Positions 1-10,585 of a DNA stretch of 44,391 nucleotides are shown piece after piece. Source of the DNA: Octopus sinensis (Eukaryota); NCBI RefSeq assembly GCF_006345805.1, contig NW_021834916.1, positions 1 to 44,391 on the forward strand, in the 5' to 3' direction. Made by a program: the position numbers and the translations under genes. Below the pieces are notes generated by a model. The model was not told where the DNA came from. It did not search any database and was given only the letters and a program-made list of their open reading frames with translations. Every line of letters starts with the position of its first letter. The stretch's first letter is position 1.

Positions 1-120
1 ATCGGTTTAAAACTTTTGATTATCTACTACAAGATTATTCATCTTCTATTTCACATAATATATATTGTGCATCTGGGATTGCAATCCCTCCGGGTCCAGT
101 GTATTCATTGGGTATTGCAT

Positions 121-183
<63 letters not shown>

Positions 184-252
184 AAATATATATATATATC
201 TATATCCATAACAAATATATCTACTATACATTACACAAATATATATATATTC

Positions 253-897
253 AATAATAAAAGGGTAAAATCAATTAATTTTAATTATTTACCAAGTAGT
301 GTTCAGCATGTAAAAAGACCATTTACGGTATCTTTAACATAATTAGATAACGTAATTTTAAATATACAGTAAATGGTCTTTTTACATGCTGAACACTACT
401 TGGTAATATTAATTAATTTTACCCTTTTATTATTGATAATATAATTCTCTCTCCCTGATATTAAACTACAGTTCTCTCTAGGAATTTGTAGCTCTATAAC
501 TCACGTGGGTGGAAAGGGAGGGAATGCAAAGCCTCATTTGTAATTTTTGAATTCATTAGTACTTGCAGTCGAAGGTGGTTTGTCTGGGATTACTCATATC
601 AGACGGGTATGTTCGATTTTTAGTGCTCTCAAATCCAAATCTAAAGAAATCTTTGAGCTGACGAAGGAAATGTTGATCTTTATATTCAACTAATCCAGAA
701 ACGGTCATTCTCAAGTAATCTATGTACGTATGATCTTTCGTTATTTTTTCCCTCTATACCTGTGTGAATTATTTTTGAGTATACATTGTCTGGGGGTCTT
801 TATTCTTAGAGTAGAAGAAATAGCTAAGATTTTTTGGCTGCTATTTCTGAAAGTTCAGTGTGTGGTAAAGTAAATTATTTTACTGAACCCTAATTAT
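253..897 (+). mobile_element. Putative Penelope-like pseudo-LTR fragment with a short inverted copy, inserted in (TA)n; diverged relative of the 1091-3682 array unit
   Basis: ~253-326 is an inverted repeat of ~369-437. 369-897 is colinear with the inverted array units (shared blocks aatggtc..tgaacac, gtggaaaggg, gggtatgttc, aaatccaaa, gctgctatttct, ttattttact). Contains a hammerhead-like motif and is flanked by TA repeats. Confidence 0.55.
653..715 (+). ncRNA. Type I hammerhead-like motif (partly decayed)
   Basis: TTGAG-CTGACGA-[a GGA aat GTTGA..TCAAC taa TCC a]-GAAA-CGGTCAT-T-CTCAA. Stem I is 5 bp, stem II is bipartite, helix III has one mismatch. Confidence 0.55.
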
Positions 898-903
898 ATA
901 ACG

Positions 904-939
<36 letters not shown>

Positions 940-1920
940 CCTGTCTGGATGTCTTGTGTTGTTGTCCTATTTTGTAATTTATATATATATATATACATAT
1001 ATATATTTATGTATATGTATGTATGTAGATATATGTATATATAGATATGTATACGTTCACAATATATGTGTATATATGTATATATATATATTTTCAACAA
1101 TTGAGGGCAAAATTAATTAATTATTATCAATTTCACCAAGTGTTCAGTATGCAAAGGACCATTCAAGGCGAATTCAAATTTTACATATATAAAAGGGCTT
1201 AGTAAAATAAATTACTTTGCCGCATACTGAACTCATTAGAAATAGCAGCTAAAAAACTTTTTTAAGGCTATTTCTAATCTTAAAGAAAAGCTCTCTCATA
1301 TATAGTGCTTGCTTAATTCAACTCACAAAAGTTTGGGGGTAAGGACCATCGAAAAATCAAATGCTAAGGTTATTCGAGAACGTACTTTCAAGATTATTCA
1401 AAACCACATTTCTATTCTATCATCGGCTCAGAAATTCCTTGGTTTGGATTTGGAAACACTGAAAATAAGAACATACCCTTTCGAAGATCTGCTCCCAACT
1501 AACAGTGCCAACAAATTCAAAATAAGCAAGCGAAGAATCTTTGTTCTTCCCCTTTCCACCAGCGTGGTTTGAAATCATCAACACTATGCTTATTTCGGTA
1601 AAATCCGAAGTTATTAATCAGAGGGAGATTAATTATAATTTCAACAATTGAGGGCAAAATTAATTATCTTAATAATTTCACCAAGTGTTCAGTATGCAAA
1701 GGACCATTCAAGGCGAATTCAAATTATTACATTATATAAAAGGGCTTAGTAAAATAAATAACTTTGCCGCATACTGAACTCATTAGAAATAGCAGCTAAA
1801 AAACTTTTTTAAGGCTATTTCTAATACTTAAAGAAAATCTCTCTCATATATAGGGCTTGCTTAATTCAACTCACAAAAGTTGGGGGTAGGACATCGAAAA
1901 AAATCAAATGCTTAAGGTTA

Positions 1921-1977
1921 TTCGAGAACGTACGTTTCAAGATTAGTCAAAACAACATTTCTATCATCGGCTCAGAA
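1921..1977 (-). ncRNA. Type I hammerhead motif in array unit 2 (indel-bearing copies at ~1373-1433 and ~2459-2513)
   Basis: Exact reverse complement of 3436-3492: TTCTGAG CCGATGA stem II GAAA CGTACGT T CTCGAA. Confidence 0.6.
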
Positions 1978-3435
1978 AATTCTTGGTTTGGATTTGGAAA
2001 CACTGAAAATAAGAACATACCCTTTCGAAGATCGCTCCCAACTAACAGTGCCACAAATTCAAAATAAGCAAGCGGAATCTTTGTTCTCCCCTTTCCACCA
2101 GCGTGGTTGAAATCATCAAACACTATGCTATTTCGGTAAAAAATCCGAAGTATTAATCAGAGGGAGATTATTATAATTTCAACAATTGAGGGCAAAATTA
2201 ATTAATTATTAATCAATTTCACCAATGTTCAGTATGCCAAGGGACCATTCAAGGCGAATTCAAATATTACATTATATAAAAGGGCTTAGTAAAATAAATT
2301 ACTTTGCCGCATACTGAACTCATTAGAAATAGCAGCTAAAAAACTTTTTTAAGGCTATTTCTAATACTTAAAGAAAATCTCTCTCAATATAGTGCTTGCT
2401 TAATTCAACTCACAAAAGTTTGGGGGTAAGGACATCGAAAAATCAAATGCTAAGGTTATTCGAGAACGTACGTTTTCAGATTAGTCAAAACAACATTTAT
2501 CATCGGCTCAGAAACTTCTTGGTTTGGATTTGGAAACACTGAAAATAAGAACATACCCTTTCGAAGATCTGCTCCCAACTAACAGTGCCAACAAATTCAA
2601 AATAGCAAGCGAAGAATCTTTGTTCTCCCCTTTCCACCACGTGGGTTGAAATCATCAAACACTATGCTTATTTCGGTAAAATCCGAAGTATTAATCAGAG
2701 GGAGATTAATTATAATTTCAACAATTGAGGGCAAAATTAATTAATTATTAATCAATTTCACCAAGTGTTCAGTATGCAAAGGACCATTCAAGCGAATTCA
2801 AATTATTACATTATATAAAAGGGCTTAGTAAAATAAAGATCTTCGAAAGGGTATTTCTTATTTTCAGTGTTTCCAAATCCAAACCAAGGAATTTCTGAGC
2901 CGATGATAGAAATGTTGTTTTGACTAATCTTTGAACGTACGTTCTCGAATAACCTTAGCATTTGATTTTTCGATGTCCTTACCCCAAAACTTTTGTGAGT
3001 TGAATTAAGCAAGCCACTATATATGAGAGAGATTTTCTTTAAGTATTAGAAATAGCCTTAAAAAAGAGTTTTTTAGCTGCTATTTCTAATGAGTTCAGTA
3101 TGCGGCAAAGTAATTATTTTACTAAGCCTTTTATATAATGTAATAATTTGGATTCGCCTTGAATGGTCCCTTTGCATACTGAACACTTGTGAAATTGATT
3201 AATAATTAATTAATTTTGCCCTCAATTGTTGAAATTATAATTAATCTCCCTCTGATTAATACTTCGGATTTTACCGAAATAAGCATAGTGTTTGATGATT
3301 TCAACCCACGCTGGTGGAAGGGGAGAACAAAGATTCTTCGCTTGCTATTTTGAATTTGTTGGCACTGTTAGTGGGAGCAGATCTTCGAAAGGGTATGTTC
3401 TTATTTTCAGTGTTTCCAAATCCAAACCAAGGAAT

Positions 3436-3492
3436 TTCTGAGCCGATGATAGAAATGTTGTTTTGACTAATCTTGAAACGTACGTTCTCGAA
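3436..3492 (+). ncRNA. Type I hammerhead motif in an inverted array unit (indel-bearing copy at ~2893-2949)
   Basis: Core CCGAUGA (U4C variant) and GAAA. Stem II AGA/UCU plus GUUG/UGAC, with U-U at its base. Helix III is the palindrome ACGUACGU; triplet GUU; stem I GAG/CUC, extendable to UUC/GAA with a bulge. Confidence 0.6.
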
Positions 3493-3738
3493 TAACCTTA
3501 GCATTTGATTTTTCGATGTCCTTACCCCCAAACTTTTGTGAGTTGAATTAAGCAAGCACTATATATGAGAGAGATTTTCTTTAAGTATTAGAAATAGCCT
3601 TAAAAAAGTTTTTTAGCTGCTATTTCTAATGAGTTCAGTATGCGGCAAAGTAATTTATTTTACTAAGCCCTTTTATATAATGTATATATATATATATATC
3701 TATATATATATTTGTGTGTGTGTATATATATATATGTG

Positions 3739-3772
<34 letters not shown>

Positions 3773-3967
3773 TTATATATATATATATATATTCGTGTGT
3801 GTGTATATATATATATGTGTATATATGTATATATATATCTATCTATCTATCTATATATATAATTGAAAAATAGGACAAAATCTTTATAAGACTTTATCAA
3901 GTAGTTAGTGTGAAAAACCTCATAAGGTAAAGATTTATTAATTATGCATTTTTAAAATATTTATTTA

Positions 3968-4198
3968 TATTAAGGGCATTACTATACATAAACGCCTCAC
4001 ACTAGGAGGGACTCTTAAAGTCAAAACTACCATAATAAACACATTGTACCAAACACGAGGAAATACAACTCTGGTTTTAAAAGGCTCACTTCAAGAGTTG
4101 CAATCCCTCACATTCGGTACAATGTGTTTATTATGGTAGTTTTGACTTTAAGAGTCACTCCTAGCATGAGGCGTTTATGTATAGTAACGCCCCTAATA
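3968..4198. repeat. Long inverted repeat (~104-bp arms, 21-nt loop), probably an inverted end of a microsatellite-targeted element
   Basis: 3969-4072 pairs with 4094-4197, including a perfect block gactcttaaagtcaaaactaccataataaacacattgtacc. Flanked by TA/TG microsatellites. Confidence 0.9.
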
Positions 4199-4650
4199 AA
4201 TATGTATATATATATCTATTATATATGTGTGTGTGTGTGTGTGTGTATGTATATATATATGTATTATATATATATGTATATATTTCTATGTATATTCTCT
4301 ATATTATAATTCCGAAATGCAAAAAGGATGTTTGTCTGGTTTTGGCATTGAGAACGGGTTAAGTAGCACTAGATCCAGTCAGATTGGCTCCAAAATTTGC
4401 AGGGACATGTAAAAAGAGGCAAGGATGTGAGTAGGCTAGGTTAGAAATCCCTATCTCAAAAGCTGTGGTTACTAGGGCAAAAAACCCACACTTTGACAAG
4501 TGTTTGTCGTTTCTCTTTTTCTCTTATCTGCCTGTCTTCCTCTGTCTCTTTCTCTTTCCTCCCTTCCCTTCACTTCTCTCTATAACGACGTTTGACAGCT
4601 TCCACTATCTTTCCCTTGCCGCCTTTGCCAGTGCTGTCACTCTTTCATCC

Positions 4651-4655
<5 letters not shown>

Positions 4656-4699
<44 letters not shown>
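4656..4699. repeat. (CT)n microsatellite
   Basis: Direct reading. Confidence 0.95.
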
Positions 4700-4702
<3 letters not shown>

Positions 4703-5046
4703 CGTCTGTCTGCACTATCTCTCTATAACGAAGTTTGACAGCTTTGCCGTCTCTGTCACTCTTTCTCCCACCACCTCTTTCACTGTTCTTCTGTCTCTAT
4801 GTATAGAGAGAAAGCATGACAGTGGCAACAGCTTAAATATTCCCGTCTTCTAGAACGGTAAATTATTATCGCCCACCACCATCACACAATCATAACAGAT
4901 ATTATTAATCATATATATTGTGTTAATTTATATATATATATATATATATATATGTGTATATAAATATATAATGTGTATACATATATATATGTGTATGTGT
5001 GTATATATCTATATAATATATATATATATAATATATATATACACAA

Positions 5047-5108
5047 AAGGCGGTGCCCCAGCATGGCCGCAGTCAAATGACTGAAACAAGAGAATAAAAG
5101 AGAAAAGA
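5047..5108 (+). mobile_element. Isolated SINE 3' tail within (TA)n
   Basis: ggcggtgccccagcatggccgcagtcaaatgactgaaacaag is nearly identical to the tail of the SINE at 7627-7987. Confidence 0.7.
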
Positions 5109-5227
5109 GAATATATATATATATATATATATAAAGTGTGTATATTTGTATATATGTGTGTAGATATATATATATATATGTGTGTAGACATGTATATATA
5201 ATGCGTATATATGTACATATTTAATGC

Positions 5228-5264
<37 letters not shown>

Positions 5265-6109
5265 GTGTGCATATGTGATCGGATTCAGCTGAAAATATGT
5301 ACACCTATGTTAACAGTGCTAGCGAGTATGCATGGCAACTTTGAGTTTGCTCAATTAAAAGGCATCGCCTCTAGGGTAAAATTCCTCATCTTTTAAAATG
5401 TAGCCTGACTAGACCCGAATGAAATTGGGTTATAATACCGAAATAAGTAAAGCAATAATAAACTATTTTAATCCTGAGCAAGGCCCGGTATATCTGTCTA
5501 ATCTATAAAATGAAAAAGGCGAACGTTGATAGAAATTGGATTTTTATGTAAAAAGGGATCTAAATGGGGCTGGAAGGGGATTAAAATTTACATCACTTAG
5601 ACTCTATCACTACATAACTGACATTCCTTTTCTTTTTATTCCTCTCTATCTCTCTCACCCCATTCCTTCTATCTTTTTTACTCTAATACCTTTCTCTTTC
5701 TATCACCCTCATCTCCCCATTCTTACTTTCAAATTATCTTGACTGACCACTAACTGGTACACTTTCCCTTATTATCCTTCGCCTTGTGTTTCTTTTTTCT
5801 TTTTTTTCTTTCTTTTCTTTCTTCCTGTTTTCAATTTGACCTTACAAATGCATTCCCTACTTTTAGGTCACTTTAAATAAAACCCTTGATTCAATAGCAC
5901 TGTGTACAAACTCTACTTGGAATGACTAATAGATACTATTGGATATTACTCAAAAGGTATTGAAATCTTATGTGTATACCATTCTGCCTAAATAATGGAT
6001 CTACAAATGCAATATCCCTGCATATCTCACATCTATTTTCATTCCTCCATTTCACTCTCTGTTTCGTATCTTATCTAAATTAACTATTGCTTAACCATCT
6101 TCTCACACT

Positions 6110-6157
6110 GTCTCCAATGACAGGATATAATAAATATCCTGGAAACAGCTGTAAGAC
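6110..6157 (+). ncRNA. Type I minimal hammerhead with a decayed core
   Basis: GTCT-CCAATGA-CAGGATAT aataa ATATCCTG-GAAAC AGCT GTA-AGAC. Stem I is 4 bp, stem II is a perfect 8 bp, helix III is the palindrome ACAGCUGU. The core differs from CUGAUGA at two positions. Confidence 0.65.
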
Positions 6158-6219
6158 CTATTTATAAATATTCTAAAATCTTCACAGCCTTGGGTTTTTA
6201 TCTCACTCTTTAAAAAAAT

Positions 6220-6233
6220 GTATATATATATAT

Positions 6234-6270
<37 letters not shown>

Positions 6271-6314
6271 ATAAATATATATATATATATATATGTGTGT
6301 GTGTATATATATAA

Positions 6315-6348
<34 letters not shown>

Positions 6349-6629
6349 ATATAAATATATATATATATGTGTGTGTGTGTATATATAAATATATATATAT
6401 ATGTGTGTGTGTGTATGTATATATATGTGTATATATATATATATGTGTGTGTGTGTGTATATGTATATATGTGTGTGTATATATATGTGTATATATATGT
6501 GTGTATATATATTTGTGTATATATATATATGTGTATATATTTGTGTATATATATATGTGTATATATATATATATATGTGTGTATATATATATGTGTATAT
6601 ATATATATATGTGCATGTGTATATTTGTG

Positions 6630-6664
<35 letters not shown>

Positions 6665-6686
6665 ATATATATGTGTGTGTGTATAT
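6220..6686. repeat. Compound (TA)n/(TG)n microsatellite
   Basis: Direct reading; source of several spurious ORFs. Confidence 0.95.
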
Positions 6687-6871
6687 AATTATTACAAATT
6701 TAGGATATTTACCAATAGATAAGCAACTCCTATTTCAGGATAACCTCATGGTATGGTATAGGCAGAGAAAATTGTATGAAATAGAATAATTAAAATAACA
6801 TAAAATGAAATTAGTTAAATAAATATATCTTGCCTGTTATTTGTTTGTGGGGAAAGAAGATAGTACAAGTA

Positions 6872-6955
6872 ATTGCTACACATGTTTCTGCACTGGTGGG
6901 GTGTGTATTAAGGCTATACTTAATACATAAATCCACCAGTGCATCCTCAGGCTAT
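6872..6955 (-). ncRNA. Type I hammerhead ribozyme motif, intact catalytic core, long stem II
   Basis: Minus strand ATAGC-CTGAGGA-TGCACTGGTGG...CCACCAGTGCA-GAAAC ATGT GTA-GCAAT. Stem II is a perfect 11 bp plus an inner 9-bp stem (tgtattaag/cttaataca). Triplet GUA; stem I is 4/5 paired. Confidence 0.8.
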
Positions 6956-7626
6956 GTATATTATTATGTACAGGTAAAAGTTAAAAAATTAAACTTAAAA
7001 ATTAAAAGTAGAAAATTACATTAAAAATAAAAATTACAAATATATTTTTAAATATTAAATACCTAAAGTACAATTAAGATATATATTGAAAATGCTCTAC
7101 CTAAAGAAATTATAATGATTAAATTAGAAATATATCAAATCAGATAATATATCTAAATAAATATTACAGAAAATATACTACTTATAATAATTTAGTGTAG
7201 AATATACCCCTGTCAATACCATAGTATAAAACATATTTTATGTCAAATGTGAGTTAACAGTGTAGAATAAAGATTGATTAGTAAATACAACTACTTACGT
7301 TAGAAACTTAATGAATAAAAGAAGTAAAAATGGTAGATTACTTTATGACATAAGGTTTAATCCTGCAAGTTCGAGAGCAAATGGCCACTCCAACTATCAA
7401 ATGCTAAGTATTATGGGAATTGGGTATGACATAAAAGAATAAAATAAAATACTCAGAAAAATACTCTAAAAATTGTAAGAGAGGTTGAAGTCAAGGGGAG
7501 ATAATAGCTAAAAATGGGGCTATAATCGTAAAGCTAGCTGTAAATGGAGTTTTAAAGTGTTGTAGATTTTGAGATTTATGTTACTAGAAGTTTTAATAGT
7601 ATTTATAGTAGTATTATACACATATA

Positions 7627-7987
7627 GGCGCAGGAGTGGCTGTGTGGTAAGTAGCTTGCTAACCAACCACATAGTTCCAGGTTCAGTCCCACTGCGTGGC
7701 ATCTTGGGCAAGTGTCTTCTGCTATAGCCCCGGGCTGACCAATGCCTTGTGAGTGGATTTGGTAGACAGAAACTGAAAGAAGCCTGTCATATATATGTGT
7801 TTGTTCCCCAAGCATTGCTTGACCACCGATGCTGGTGTGTTTACGTCCCCGTCACTTAGCGGTTCGGCAAAAGAGACCGATAGAATAAGTACTGGGCTTA
7901 CAAAGAATAAGTCCCGGGGTCAATTTGCTCGACTAAAGGCGGTGCTCCAGCATGGCCGCAGTCAAATGACTGAAACAAGTAAAAGAG
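7627..7987 (+). mobile_element. tRNA-derived SINE
   Basis: A box-like TGGCTGTGTGG and B box-like GGTTCAGTCCC head; body shared with 14455-14737; LINE-like 3' stem-loop tail. Confidence 0.85.
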
Positions 7988-8558
7988 TATATATACTAAG
8001 AACTAAGTATTTATTAAACAATATTACCTCTAAATGAATAGTCAAGCGACATTTATGTCCTCTTTAACAATTATATATCCACTATATCGGAAATTTGCAA
8101 TGGTTCTATAACTACTTTCTTGGCTATAACCTTGGAGCCCTAGTAATCAGTTACAGTTCTTACCTAGCATACCTAATCATTTAGATCACCTGTGAATTAA
8201 ACCTCCATATTTAAAAAGAGATGATGTGCAATAGCTAGAAGAATATTGAGCTGTATTTAATAACCAGTTCATCTAGCAAGTGGGGCCTCATTATCAGTGA
8301 GGCGGGGCAGTGCACATTGATGCCATCAAGAGGTAGGTCCTGAAATGGCACGCATTCTCTCCTGATGACCCCATACACTTGCTGGCTTCCAGTATGCAGA
8401 GTTTTCGACTGGTAGCACTTACATGTGCAAGTTGTTTACAAAACAATATATATATATATATATATATAGGGAAAGTTTACGAAAAAAACAAAAGACGAGG
8501 ACAGGTGGTGTACAAAACAAACAGATGTATTAGTATAACGCTCAGGAATAGAAAAAGT

Positions 8559-8594
8559 CTTTTACATTTCGAGCCTACGCTCTTCTACAGAAAG
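8559..8594 (-). ncRNA. Minimal hammerhead-like motif with a variant core, in a short element (~8468-8624) within (TA)n
   Basis: Minus strand CTTT-CTGTAGAA-GAGC gtag GCTC-GAAATGT-A-AAAG. Stems I and II are perfect 4 bp. The core has A6U and an extra A; helix III is AUGU (ACGU after CpG decay). Confidence 0.5.
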
Positions 8595-8674
8595 TTACAC
8601 AGAAAAAACAAGGAGAGAAAAAACATATATATATATATATATATGCATGTATATATATGTGTATATATATCTGT

Positions 8675-8930
8675 GCACACCTTTGTATGAAGTGTGTATC
8701 AGAATGTTTGCGAATCTAGCAGAGGCCTCAAAAGACATTTTTAAGATCTGCAAAGATCAGAACTTATTTGCCGCTCTTGGTCATTCAAATTGGATGTGCA
8801 ATCTATGTGGGTGTCTTTTCAGAACATTGTCTGATTTGAAAAGCTGCATCAGATGCCATGATGGTGCTATGATGTAGGTACCGGAGATGGTCAAACTCTG
8901 TATGAGGAATAGACAACCACCAGCAACCAC
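8675..8930 (+). mobile_element. Decayed LINE 3' end (RTE-like, terminal zinc-finger remnant)
   Basis: Translation WMCNLCGCLFRTLSDLKSCIRCH resembles a terminal C2H2 finger, followed by a short tail ending in ACC repeats. Confidence 0.4.
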
Positions 8931-8946
8931 CATATGTATGCATGTA

Positions 8947-10227
8947 TTTGGTCATCAAGTATGAAATTCGTAGTAAGGTATATGATAGATTTTGACAGCT
9001 GCTCCTATTGCACCATTATTGTAATTTGACAATCTTTATTTTTTGTTAGAAAGCTGACACATATATTTCTTTATTCTAACTCATTTTGCGCTTTATAAAG
9101 TATTTATAAATTGTTTTTTGCTATTTTTGTTTAGAGATGGATGTTGGAAATTTGTACAGTTTTTAAATATGAGTTCTTTCTTGGAAATACAGCATCACAG
9201 ACAGCTCGGAATATTAATGGAGTATTTCATTCCTAAGTTATTACACAGCAAACAGTATCAAACTGGTTTGCAAAATTTCATTCTGGTAACTTTGACTTCA
9301 CAAATGAGCAACACAGTTGACCAGAAACAAAGGTGGATAATGACGAACTGAAAGCCACCATTAAGTCAGATCCATCCCAAAGCCTCATGAATTATCATTG
9401 TTGTTTGGTGTTAGCAAGCAAACAATATTGACTCACCTACTTCAAATTGGTAAAGTGAAAAAGTTGGATAAGTGGGTTCCACATAAACTCAATGAAAATC
9501 AGAAACAACATTTGGAAGTCTGCATTATGCTACTTTCTCATCACAAAAAGGAATCATTTTTTAATCGAATTGTAACATGTGATGAGAAATGGATCCAGTA
9601 CAACAACCATAAACATTCAGCACAATGGTTGAACAAAGATGAGCCACCAAAACACAGTCCCAAAAGAAAAGTTCATCACAAGAAGCTGATGGTGTGTGTT
9701 TGGTGGTCTGGTGCAGGTGTGATCCATTGGGATTTCATTAAAGCTGGGCCATCAATCACAGCTGAAGTATACTGCAGCCAACTGGACTAAATAATGCAGA
9801 AACTTACAAAAAAACAGCCTAAATTAGTCAGCAGATCTACTCCTATCTTATTGCAAGACAACGCCAGACCAAACATCTCAAAATTGACATTGGTGAAACT
9901 ACAGGAGTTGGAATTGGAAGTTCTCCATCATCCATCATACTCACCTGATCTTGCCCCCACTGACTACCACTTCTTCCAGAATTTGGATAACTTTTTGATA
10001 GGAAAAAAATTTAATTCTGACAATGCTGTAAAACAGGCCTTCCAAGATTTTATTGACTCTAGAGTGCCAAGCTTTCACAGTTCCAGGCTGAACAAGCTAG
10101 TGCTGAAATGGCAAAAGTGTATTGATAATATGGGTACATACTTCAATGAATAAAACTATTCCTTGTGTTTATAAAACATTAGCAAACTTCTTTTTCCTTT
10201 CTACAAATTTCATGCAAGACGACCTAA
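8947..10227 (+). mobile_element. Mariner DNA transposon (DD34D, cecropia/Hsmar1-like), full length, inactive
   Basis: Imperfect ~32-bp TIRs (tttggtcatcaagtatgaaattcgtagtaagg versus the reverse complement ttaggtcgtcttgcatgaaatttgtagaaagg), flanked by TA; 1281 bp. Confidence 0.92.
9137..10153 (+). pseudogene. Mariner transposase pseudogene
   Basis: WVPHKL, IVTCDEKW, LQDNARP and YSPDLAPTDYHFF motifs, with 34 residues between the last two catalytic Asp. Frameshifts in the 5' part and TAA at 9788-9790. Confidence 0.93.
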
Positions 10228-10299
10228 TATATATGTAATGTGAGATAATATTTTCATTTTTAATAGTTTCACTATGTATACATTATATACATAGTGAGA

Positions 10300-10521
10300 C
10301 TATTATCTCACATTACAATAGAGATGTTATTGTTTCGCTTTTGACATGTAATACAAAACAGTCTAAGAGATTGCTCCGGGCTCGCATTAGGCAAGAAGTT
10401 GAAATTTTTTTTGGCCTATGACACTCCATTGACCCTAAGTTGTGCATGTGTAAAATTTGAATGAAATCGATTGGGTAGTTCTTGAGTTTTAGCGATGCAC
10501 ACATACAAATAGACATTCTCA

Positions 10522-10530
<9 letters not shown>
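10300..10530 (-). mobile_element. Possible Helitron/DINE-like non-autonomous fragment
   Basis: Minus strand atatataaaactgagaatgtct...aactcaagaactacccaatcgatttcattcaaatttt resembles the recalled core of DINE-1/Helentron-associated elements. No termini verified. Confidence 0.35.

Positions 10531-10585
<55 letters not shown>

Larger units (their letters stand above)
1091..3682. repeat. Tandem then inverted array of a ~540-bp unit (3 full plus 1 partial, then ~1.5 inverted units) within (TA)n; Penelope pLTR- or retrozyme-like
   Basis: Marker TCAACAATTG at 1094, 1641, 2179 and 2718 (periods 547, 538, 539). Strand switch at ~2837; the inverted part runs to ~3682. Each unit has a 12-bp hairpin ATTAGAAATAGC/GCTATTTCTAAT (e.g. 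1235-1278) and one hammerhead motif. Confidence 0.92.

Noticed and set aside
1309-3555. Recurring MLNSTHKS ORFs, and the array as a possible CRISPR
   Set aside because: Frames differ between copies and show no domain motif. Units are ~540 bp with no unique spacers, in eukaryotic DNA.
5270-5520. Possible Helitron 3' hairpin (cctgagcaaggcccgg..ctaat)
   Set aside because: The hairpin is imperfect and there is no CTAG terminus; too weak to call.
16-6789. Many ORFs rich in Y/I/C/V/H/T (also 21375-22051 and 29587-30128)
   Set aside because: Translations of TA/TG/CA microsatellites, not genes.
8362-8410. CTGATGA hammerhead core
   Set aside because: No stem II followed by GAAA and no stem I partner.
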